Origin: Antedon mediterranea
Lineage: Eukaryota; Animalia; Echinodermata
Direction: 5' to 3'
Length of the DNA stretch: 64,000 bases
NCBI RefSeq assembly: GCF_964355755.1
Contig: NC_092673.1
Location: 35,337,648 to 35,401,647, forward strand
Below are positions 23,823-35,800 of the stretch, piece after piece. How positions within the stretch are numbered: position 1 is the stretch's first letter; every line of letters begins with the position of its first letter. The translations under genes were made by a program, and so were the position numbers. The notes under the pieces are model-generated. The model made no database searches. It was not told the DNA's origin and was given only the letters and a program-made list of their open reading frames with translations.

Positions 23823-26800
23823 GTGAGTATCAAAACTAGTTTAGGCCTAGGCCTAGGCCTACTAGCCTAGGCTCTAGCCTAATGATAATGTAGTAGTAGT
23901 AGAGAGTAGGCCGAGCTCTATAGAGAAGGGCCAAAATACTACTAGGCCTAGGCCTAGTAAAAGTAGGCTAGGCCTAGACCTTACGTTGCGGGGGTATGCG
24001 TTATATGGAAGACTCGGAGGACCTAGCCTAGCTAGTACTGTATATAGCCTTTTTACAATATTGAGTCCGTCCTGTGTGTGGAAGGAGGAAGAAAGAAAAT
24101 ATTTTAAATAAAAAATTATTATTAATTTAATGATTTGATAAAATATTTTAAATATAGCCTAGCTAGCTAGGTACTAGGAGCCTGAATGTATCTGTTTTTT
24201 ATCTGGCCTGACTGAACACACCTTTTTACACTACATACAGGCCTCGGCCTCGATAGTATTATTATTATTGTATAGCGCACATTTATACAACATTTAATTA
24301 TAATCAGCGGCGCTTCACATCAATTAGTATCGTAACATTGTTTGAAATATAGTGCTTTTAAATGTTTTTTAAACTGATTATAGTCATCTAAGTGTTTAAT
24401 GTGACTTGGTAATCTGTTCCAAATTTTGGGTCCTGCTACGGCGAACGAACGGTCAGCAAATGTCTTTCGTTTAGTTCGTGGGATTGTCCGGTTACAATTG
24501 CTGGTGCTTGAACGATTACTGCGAGATAAGAAATCCATCAAATATAATCAAAATGTTCAGTAATGTACAGCTAACTCTTATAAAAACTTTAACAAGACAA
24601 CCAAGGTTGACATAGTATTTATTTTAGATGCTATTAAATATTTCTGTTAGTAATTTTTATATTTTTTCTTTTAAAAAATGTCATCTGTTTTCATATAAAT
24701 TGTAACTTTTCTTTTATTACTTGATGTAAACGTCGTTTGATTTTGTCTGTTTTGTTTTAATGGAAATTACAATCATCACTAAGATCTTTAGACTAAATCA
24801 TGCAAGTGGTCAATATTGTTGGTCTCATTGCACTACCTAGTTTTAAATCATTATTTGTGGTTATTAAATTAGCTGAATCTATCAATAATGATGAGGTTTA
24901 CATAGTAGCCCTATTTTTAAAATGTTTTTAATGACTCTTTTTGTACTGCCATGGATTTAAGTAATTGTACAGGTTAAGGTGGCTAGAGACATACAAAGTC
25001 TTAAAATGGTTTAACAAGTTTATCGCAAAATCAAAAATTTATGTTGGACAAGTAACCCATCCTAATAACATGAAAACTAATACAAGATGTGAGGTATATT
25101 AAAGTAAACTTCCTGCAAAAGATCTATTCCCATTTGTGGCTCAGACATTTAAATAAACTGTTATTTTATATAGTATTAGTATACTGTATTTTAATTATCA
25201 TAATATATTGTAAATGATATGAATTTTAAACTTTCTATTTGTTATTTTAACTTTCTTAAATTTAATTATCTTGTTTTCTTGCATCATTTTAACATTTTAT
25301 AGAATTTGCATATTACTTTAATGTATTATCTCAAAGTAGCAATAATGTTGTTTTCTATGTACAGTATGGTTTATCTTGTTTGCTGCCCTCTAAACTCAGT
25401 TGTTCTCATTCATATCCTAGTTTACTTATTTATAGTGAATGTACAAACTGCAAACCATTTATACAATATAATCATATATAAAAATTTTTTCTTCAATTCA
25501 ACCAGTATTAAAGGTAGATTTGTAGTCACATAAAACAATTTTAATATTTTTACATTTGTGATCCGACACAATTTGCGACCCCATTTAAAAAATATAAAAC
25601 ATTATTTACAGAACAGGGCTTTTCAAAGTAATTTATTTTGATTTTTTAATTATTTAAAGTGATAATTGTTTACAATTTTTTTTATTGAGTATGTCATTTT
25701 ATTGTCACAAATATTGGATTGGAAAAAGAAATTATTTAACCTGAATCATCATTACTTTGTCTTTTTATAAGTGAAATCATTATTAGTATTATTTTGTATT
25801 CCTACTGAAGTGATATAACAATATTAAAACTTCAAAATGGCCCTATTCGGTCAGATTTTATTAATCTTCATGTTTCAAGTTTTGGGGGACAATTCATCTT
25901 TAAATATCCAATTATTGTACAGTAAATTGACACTAAACTTTAGTACAAAAAAAAATTTGAAAATGATGACGTGAATATCAACCAGTATCCTGTTAGATAT
26001 AATATTTCCTCGTTAGATTGTTAGTCACATGACCTACGTTAGCATAGACATATGACTCGGATAGTCCAGACTGTTTTTTTGTACAATACCTGGTGATCTT
26101 TTAGATATTACTTTTGGATTCATTTACAATCACGGTAAAAATGTAAGTAAATATTTCATATTATTTCAGTTAAACTTTGAATGTCTTATAACATTTAAAT
26201 TTTGATATTTAGATTACTTTGAAACTATTATATTTCGTTTTTCATAAGGACTGAAAATGAAATGACGAGAATTATTTTTTTAAATTCGATTTTAAACCCA
26301 ATAACTTTACGGGACACAAGAAAAATAATTAGGCAGAAAGAATGTAATTTAAGCTTAATTAGACTAGGCTATGAATGAGGTAGGTGCCACCCGGAGAGGT
26401 AGAAATTCTCATATAACTTTTCTAGACCAGTTTTTTCTGGGGAATCCAAATATATTGGGTAAACGGGCTGTAACCTGAGAACTTTCGCGTGAGGGCGCTT
26501 TTTTCAAAATGGCTGCCAGTTACAGTAGACTATGATATCTTGGCAACCACTGGTCATAGAGAGTTGATTTTGGTGTCAAATTGTTTGGAATGTACATGTT
26601 CCTATTTGATGTAATAGAACATTTTGTCAGAAAATGGCCGGAAATACCTCTATTGACCTTTGACCCAATATCTAACAGATATCATATCTCCGTAACTACT
26701 GGACACAGAAAGTTGTAATTGGTGTCAAACTCTCCAGAATATAGATGTTTATATTCAAACTAATAGAACATTATCTGTAAAAATGACCGGAAATAACGTT

Positions 26801-29800
26801 ACTGACCTTTGACCCAAAATGCAAGACATTTCTCCTATCTGATCACGTTAATCCTGTCAATTAATTCATTTTGTGCCAATTGGAGGTTGACATTCTCATA
26901 TTATTTTCTTGACCAGTTTTTCATGTGCAATCCGAGTAATATGAGATAAATAAGCCATAACAAGGCCAAGAATTTAATTCTTTTACTACATACATGCTTC
27001 CCTTTAGTGTTTCAGTCTGTATGTCGTGTATTAATCTTCAAGATCGCTCACATCACTGCAATCTGAAAAGTCTTCATATTCATTATGTGTAAACAGTTCC
27101 TGGACATCAGTGGGCATCACTGTCTCAATCCATTTAGGCTCCATTTGTTCGTTCCATCCATTGTGTGTACTGTTGTTGACAAAATCATTGACGTCGGCTG
27201 ATTGCCATTCTTTAGTAATGAAGTTTGCTCTAAGTATATGAAACTCAAGGGTCTGCTGACATAGTGGCAGTAATGATATATCTGTAATCTTGTTGTGTCT
27301 GGAAAACTTTCTGTTGAAGATATCATATCTTGCTTGATTTACACTTTTCCCCTTCACTCCATACAATGGTGAAACATACTCTTCAAGTTCCTCATACAAC
27401 TCTTTTGATGGAACATCTGACACTCCAAGGTTGCAGAATGTGTCAACACATTTTGCTTTGGATTCCAGAAGCTTCCAGCAGGTACGTTTTCCTTTCCGAA
27501 CGAAAGCGGAGTTATACTCGTTACATGTGAAAGCATGGAATCCAATAAGGGATGATTTCTGCGCTTTTGTTAAATCAATGTCACTCAATTTCAGTACATT
27601 TCGGTATTTCCCAGTGTTTGTATCAATAATTACCCTCTGCCCATCACCCTATGAAATGAGATAGTGAAATGACTGGAATGTCAAAGTCTCCAGAATGGGA
27701 ACGAATTATTACTACGCCTTGATTGTTATTTGTTAAAGCATGCTTTGCATGCAGGATGACTTTCGTGTCGGCTTCTTCTTGGCTACTATTAAGCTCCGGA
27801 ACCAATACAACATCTCAGTTAGTAACGTAGATGCATTCTTTGTACGATGAAAAGTAGATAACATCACTCCTCGTATCTGTTAGAATGCTTTCTTTCTTTG
27901 ACACTAGTACACAGCGAATAAGCTCAATCAATCTGGTCTTGTTTTTGCCGTTGGCAAGGAAATTGTTAAAATCACGGGGCAACTTTGATATTTTTGAGCT
28001 TACAATTACTTTTGGTGCAATACCGCGTCTGTTTCTCGCAGTGCTCGACCAGGATCCATAACATCATCTCACTTTATTTTCGAATAGTGGGAAGAAACTC
28101 GAAATCAAGGCAAATGGGAAAGTAAGAGTAATATAAGCTAATCGGGATGTTTTAGGAAAGCTTCTTACCACCTCAACAAAGCATGGTAGAATAATTGACT
28201 TTAAGAAAGCCTTTGAGTATCCATTTACCCCTGTCCGCTAAGCCTTGCTAATGCAGATGGGACAAGACGAACAACTCAGAAAAGTGTCCTAATGGAAATT
28301 CTCATCGAAAGTTCAACAGATGTTATAGATCCTGGTCGGGCACTGCCAGCAAAGGCTACTGTCATTGCCTATGTTGTTGACTTGATGGCATTAATCAGAA
28401 CATTTACATCTTACCCTGATACGTACGAGGATCTTGTAGCAAAGGTTTTCAACAGCATCCCTAAAGGATACAAGCGTGTTGATATTGTTACCGATGCATA
28501 CCTGCCAAAAAGCATTAAGTCTGTTGAGAGAAACATACGCGGTATTGCACCAAAAGTAATTGTAAGCTCAATAATATCAAAGTTGGCCCGTGATTTCAAC
28601 AATTTCCTTGCCAACGGCGAGAACAAGACCAAATTGATTGAGCTTATTCGCTGTGTACTAGTGTCAAAGAAAGAAAGCATTCTAACAGATATGAGGAATG
28701 ATGTTATCTACTTTTCATCGTACAAAGAATACATCTACGTTACTAACTGAGATGTTGTATTGGTTCCGGAGCTTAATAGTAGCCGGAAGAAGAAGCCTAC
28801 ACGAAAGTCATCCTGCATGCAAAGCATGCTTTAACAGATAACAATCAAGGCGTAGCAATAATTCGTTCCCATTCTGGAGACATTGATATTCCAGTCATTG
28901 CACTATCTCATTTCATAGATATTGGGCAGAGGGTAATTATTGATACAAACACTGGGAAATACCGAAAGGTACTGAAATTGAGTGACATTGATTTAACAAA
29001 AGCGCAGAAATCATCCCTTATTGGATTCCATGCTTTCACAGGTAACGATTATAACTCCGCTTTCTTTCGGAAAGGAAAACGTACCTGCTGGAAGCTTCTG
29101 GAATCAAAAGCAAAATTTGTTGACACATTCTGCAACCTTGGAGTCTCAGATGTTCCATCAAAAGAGTTGTATGAGGAATTTGAAGAGTATGTTTCACTAT
29201 TGTATGGAGTGAAGGGGAAAAGTGTAAATCAAGCAAGATATGATATCTTCAACAGAAAGTTTTCCAGACACAATAAGATTACAGATATATAATTACTGCC
29301 ACTATGTCAGCAGACCCTTGAGTTTCATATACTTAGAGCACACTTCATTACTAAAGAATGGCAATCAGCAGACGTCAATGATTTTGTCAACAACAGTACA
29401 CACAATGGATGGAACGAACAAATGGAGCCTAAATGGATTGAGACAGTGATGCCCACTGTTGTCCAGGAACTGTTTACACATAATGAATATGAAGACTTTT
29501 CAGATTGCAGTGATGTGAGCGATCTTGAAGTTAATACACGACATACAGTTTGAAACACTAAAGGGAAGCATGTATATGTAGTAAAAGAATTAAATTCTTG
29601 GCCTTGTTATGGCTTATTTATCTCATATATTCGGATTGCACATGAAAAACTGGTCCAGAAAATAATATGAGAATGTCAACCTCCAATTGGCACAAAATGA
29701 ATTAATTGACAAGATTAACGTGATCAGATGGGAGAAATGTCTTGCATTTTGGGTCAAAGGTCAGTAACGTTATTTCCGGTCATTTTTACAGATAATGTTC

Positions 29801-32800
29801 TATTAGTCTGAATATAAAGATCTATATTCTGGAGAGTTTGACACCAATTACAACTTTCTGTGTCGAGTAGTTACGGAGATATGATATCTGTTAGATATTG
29901 GGTCAAAGGTCAATAGAGGTATTTCCGGCCATTTTCTGACAAAATGTTCTATTACATCAAATAGGAACATGTACATTCCGAACAATTTGACACCAAAATC
30001 ACCTCTCTATGACCAGTGGTTGCCAAGATATCATAGTCTACTGTAACTGGCAGCCATTTTTAAAAAAGCGCCCTCACGCGAAAGTTCTCAGGTTACAGCC
30101 CGTTTACCCAATATATTTGGATTCCCCAGAAAAAACTGGTCTAGAAAAGTCACATGAGAATTTCTACCTCTCCGGGTGGCACCTACCTCATTCATAGCCT
30201 AGTCTAAATGTAAAATGACAGACTCACTTACATTTATTGGTGGCAAGACACTATTAATGGCCGGCCCTTTACACCGCTGCCAAAAATGTGAATATGATCC
30301 GGATTTATGTAATCCGAGGCGTATCTGGGACATAGAAATGCGGAAATGTAGACTGATGTAAGGGACGCATTAGGCATGATAGTAGAGTATACAGTCCGAC
30401 TTTATCAGATAGACGGTCTTACTAAAGTCATCCCTTAATAGACGATTGCTATAAAACAGTCTCAGCTAAGACAGCGTACAGTAACAAATTGGGGGCGTAA
30501 TCTACGCGTAAAATACCAAATAAGGTAATGTTCGTCACGCTTGTTCAATTCACAATCATAACAGTACGTACATTTCTATGCAAGAAAATCTATTCTAGGG
30601 CTATATAAGAATAAACCGTTATTATTTGATTTAACACTTAAAACTCGTTCAATTGGTTATCTTTCACAATCAATAATATTATTAATACAACAAAAAGAGA
30701 AGTTTACCGTAATACTGTTTTAAGACTCCTTCGAGTAGGCTTTCATTTTTAAAACCGCTTTACAGGTAGCAATGGTTTATAATAAAGACTACATGTTACG
30801 TCACGAATTATAGCCGGCTTAGCTAAGACTGTTTACAAACCGCTTATAACAATCTGCCCCTGGCCTTTCCACAAGACAAGACTATTTTAAAAATAAATAA
30901 ATGTAGCATTAACATAACAATATACAATATATAAATTGTTTATTGTACTGTGTCTGTCACGCTCTGTTGTTATTAGGGCAGATAATGTGAAAGTATTCAT
31001 GGTACTTTCTTACTCATTGCTGCTGTAAATGGCAGAGGATACACTTCATTAAAGCTTATTACTTGTAACTTCCTCAGGGTTTTAAGATATTTCCAAAATC
31101 AGACCCTCTTAGCCTCGTCCATGGGTACATTAAGACATGGTGAAAATAGTAACCTTAAATAAAGGAACAGCGAAGTAAATTAGGCCATCTTAGCCTCGTC
31201 CATGGGCATTACAGTAAGACATGGTGAACATAATAACTTAACTTAATACCACAAGGAACTATGAAATAGACCCTCTTAGCCTTGTTAACATACTAATCTT
31301 TACCATAAGGAACTGCAAAATAAATAGCCCCGTCCATGGGCACATTAAGACATGCTGAACGTGCTTAATTTTATCACAAGGAATTGCGAAAAAATGAGAC
31401 CTTCTTAGCCTCGTCCATGGGCACATTATGACATTATGAACATACGAACCTTTATCATAAGGAATTGCGAAAAAATGAGACCTTCTTAGCCTCGTCCATG
31501 GGCACATTATGACATTATGAACATACGAACCTTTATCATAAGGAATTGCGAAAAAATGAGACCTTCTTAGCCTCATCCATGGGCACATTATGACATTATG
31601 AACATACGAACCTTTATCATAAGGAATTTCGAAAAAATGAGACCTTCTTAGCCTCATTCATGGGCACACTACAACATAATATTAGTGGGCATACCAACCT
31701 TTATCACAAGAAATGGCGAAATAAATCAAGCCATCTTAGCCTTGTCCATGGGCACATTAATAATAATATAATAGTATAACCTTTACCACAAAGAACTGCA
31801 ACATTGTAGGGCTTTTCTTCTGATCATCCCTCAAAACATTTTTGCTTGTAAAAGATATAAAAGTTTACAAAATTCTTTTTAAAGTGTAGCAAATACATAT
31901 TACTTATTACTGTACATATTACTTATTACTGTACATATTACTTATTACTGTACATATTACTTATTACTGTACATATTACTTATTACTGTACATATTACTT
32001 ATTACTGTACATATTACTTATTACTGTACATATTACTTATTACTGTACATATTACTTATTACTGTACATATTACTTATTACTGTATATATTACTTATTAC
32101 TGTACATATTATTATTAAATGAGGAAAATTAAACTATAGAAGAGTATAGAAGATCCCCTGTTTCACAATAACATGTTTTCCTCCCAGAATGCAGCAGACT
32201 CCATGATGAGAAAAAGCCACTGACATTTATTTCAATAAATTATAAAAACATAAGTCAATTAAAATACAGAACTAGAATCTAACTAATTAATATTAATAAG
32301 TTTACTAGCCCTCTGCTTAATTTGCATATTCAAATTAGTAATTTTGATGTAGATTATATCAAACTGATTCATTTGCATATTCAAATTAGTAATTTTGATG
32401 TAGATTTTATCAAACTGATTCATTTGCATATTCAAATTATTTCTAGATTATATCTAACCTCATGTGTATCATCAGGAACTGCTATTTTCTTTTTCAGATA
32501 TTTTGTGGGATGGTTGATAGGTTTAACTTAGTTTCTAACAAAATGACGTCAAACAGTTAGGTAGTTTCCGGCGTATCGTTACGTTCAATTGCACTGTCAA
32601 GTCGTTAGAGCTGTTATAATTTTTAAGTTTCTCTAATTGAAATAGTAGTTTTTTTTCCATTGTATGGACGTGTAACATTTTTAGCGCAACTGATTTCCGT
32701 ATACTTAGTGGAAATAAGAGCTTTTTATAAAACAATGTCGGTGCTGACTGCCAGTCGACCCATTTCAATCAAACGCTCGACATCTCAATGTAGCAGTATG

Positions 32801-35800
32801 ACTTCTTGTAGTCTTCCGACTTCTCGTAGTCTTCCGGATTCTCCTACTAAGATGGACGTTATTGTGAATGGCAATGCAGATTTAGTAGAATCCAAGGATC
32901 TTTCTGTTGAACAGAATGAAATTAATGAAGTTGTAAACAACAAGAATAATGAAGAGAAGAATGAAGACGGCAAGATGAAGAAAAGAGAAAGACGATCAGT
33001 TCGGTAAGGTAGAAATGGATGCGTTAAAAAGTACCACTTTCATTTGGAAATTTTTATTCTCAATAGTTGATAATCTAGTTATTAGTTTGAATAGGAACCA
33101 TAGTTTTCTCCCGTGCCCATAATAAATAAAAACGTCTGGATTTAGTCGTTTCAGTGGGATTTATCATCAGGATCGTAATTTTGAGATAATCATATTTTTT
33201 TCTTGATCCCGACAGGCCGGCACGCTTTTTACCGTAAATTCTGGATGAGCGGGATTTTTTTCGGGAACTTGTCGCAATGATGTGATTTATTATTATGATT
33301 GGGGCAGTTGTACTTCCTATTTTGCCTCTAATGTTTTATGAATGCAACATTTACTATCCTTTAATGTCAAAATGTCATTCTAACTTAATTCTATTGAGCA
33401 CTTTGTTGAGTCCTGAAGATTTCTCCTTATAGATGTTCTACCATATTCCAATGGGATTGAATAAAAAAAACCTTCATAGATGGTTATTTAAGAGTTTTTA
33501 ACTTGTTGAAGTTTATAAATTTGTGCGTGAATGTTTTACAGTACAGTAGTAAACCTTCAATTTCACTTTTACCTTCGTGATTCAAATAAATTGAGATGAT
33601 CTTGCAATAGATACAGCTGTATGATATTATTTAATAATGAGATTGAAAAGATTAACAATGTACAAAGGATAATTGGTTATTCTCTTATAGCCTTGGATTA
33701 AAATAAAATGTTACAATGTGTATATCACTGCACAAAAATCACCTTGCCGCATACAACTTTTTTAATGACCATGTGAGTGTTTCGGTGGACACTGTCGAGT
33801 CTAAATATATTTCTAAAAAACGCACGCAGATAGAGATAATTGAGAATTGTTTCATGTGGTATTATTGGAGTACAATGCTTGCAGTTTTTTAAGTGATTCC
33901 TAAATTTTATCAAATGCTTATTTCAACTATACTACTTCTTTTAGGGAAGAAGACAATTGTAGAATCTTTGATGTTATTCCTAAATGGGCCTTTCATGTTT
34001 GTTAGTAATTCTTTTCTTCCTCAGTTTTGGACAGTGGAGCAACACTACACATGCACAATTCAGTCAAGAGTGTATACAAGTTAAAGGGATATTACTTTAA
34101 TATCTTTTTTATATTTAACATACAGTATGAACGCACTTTCGCATCTGTTCTGTTTCAGATTTCAGGTCTGCTTTCAGTTTTGGAAGTACTTTATCTACGC
34201 TGGTCATGGTTGGCTGATCATTAATGTTCTGTTATGCTGCCATGTTATAGAAACCATCTATTTGGTAATTTAACAACAAAAAACACTTCGACCATTTCCG
34301 AATAAGTTTTCCGTAGACTAAATTTGATCATTTTTTTTCAATTTTTTTTTTGTAAAATTTATTTACGCCCGTATTCTTAAACCGGACTTTAGTCGTAGTT
34401 CGAGCTAAAACTAAAAAAATGACGTCATTTTAATTCATAAACCGAACTTCAACTAAATCACCGACTAAATCAGGCCAACCTCGACTAAATCGAGACGGAT
34501 TTTGATCGATTTTTTTAGTCCTGGAGGGGGCAGGCTAAATGGTCGACTAAATGGTTTTTAAACGATGTTTATAAAAAACGTAACAGTCATTGAGTTGTTA
34601 TATTGGCCAGATATTGAAGAATGAAATATCTATATTCATATTAGCTTAATTAAATATACATTGGTATAAGTTATAATAATGAAAATCAACTTTATTTACA
34701 ACTGTATACAAATTACATTATTTTCTTCGCGCAAGTCCGACTTGAGCTACGTCACGCCATAGCGACAATGGGAGATGCGGCAATTCACCACGCGATGGAA
34801 TGTTTAGGGGGCCTATCGCTTTCTTGTCACGCTATGAAGTGTGTGGTTCGTCGCGATCATACTTTGTTGGGGGCCTAGAAAATATAAAAGTTACCGTACC
34901 GCCATGGTTCCTAAATATATTTTGAAGATTTTATTTGTTGTTAATCAAATATACTTCACTGTTAAATTAATACTGATATTGTTCTAATAATTAACGATTA
35001 AAATTATTTTTCATGTATATAGTCCTGATGCGTAAAAAGTGTTGTAAGAAATGGAAAGTGATAATATATCAATGCGCAAAATTTCGTCTGCTCCTCAAAT
35101 ACTCTCTTGTCATTGGCCAATGTATAGCCTTTGTTACCCAGACGTGTGCAACTCGACTAAAAGCTCGACTTCATTAAGTCGAACTGCAAACTTCGACTAC
35201 TTCGTTTTTGAATCGAATTTGAAGTAATAGCTCGAACTACGACTTTTTCAAGTCGAACTTTAATGTTTAAAAAGGGGGATAATGTCCTTAAAACGCGTTG
35301 GGCCTTGGACCTCACCCTTGAGGCTATGTTCCATCTGACCTGCAAGATTATTAGTTTGTTACAACAGGTCCACTGGCGTATACACTGTCTGAGAAAAATC
35401 AACCTTGCTCACCATATCAGAAAACTACACCAATCAGGTAGTTGAAACATTCGCAATAATGTTAATAACATTCTTCCTGTTCCGTTTATTAAGAATGTAT
35501 GTCACACGTGTCATCGCTGATGTATTTTATCATGTTTGATAGATGTTATATTAGGTGTACTGCCTGTACCGCAATTTCAATTAAACTCAATTATTAATTT
35601 GTAGTTGTTCTTGTAGGTTTTGTCACGCTTGGTTTGTTTAGTTTTTTAACCAAGATTTGATTGATCAGCTGAATTGCGGATTAAAATTCAAATTTAGGCT
35701 ACTTTATTTTTTCAAATAAATTGTATGTTATGCCTATGTCAATTTCAACAAATTTCTTGCCCAGGTTACCTGGATAAACCAAGCTATTAATGCAAAAGGA

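Larger units (their letters stand above)
26360..30206. mobile_element. Fold-back Academ (XPG-domain type) DNA transposon derivative
   Basis: TAG...CTA termini, 3-bp TSD AAT, ~1.7-kb inverted arms. Encodes an XPG-like remnant [11 protein letters not shown] / [19 protein letters not shown]. Confidence 0.8.

Noticed and set aside
34366-35280. Possible Harbinger-like element (also ~30400-30862 and ~41160-42840)
   Set aside because: CpG-rich and repeat-like, but matching TIRs and TSDs could not be established by eye
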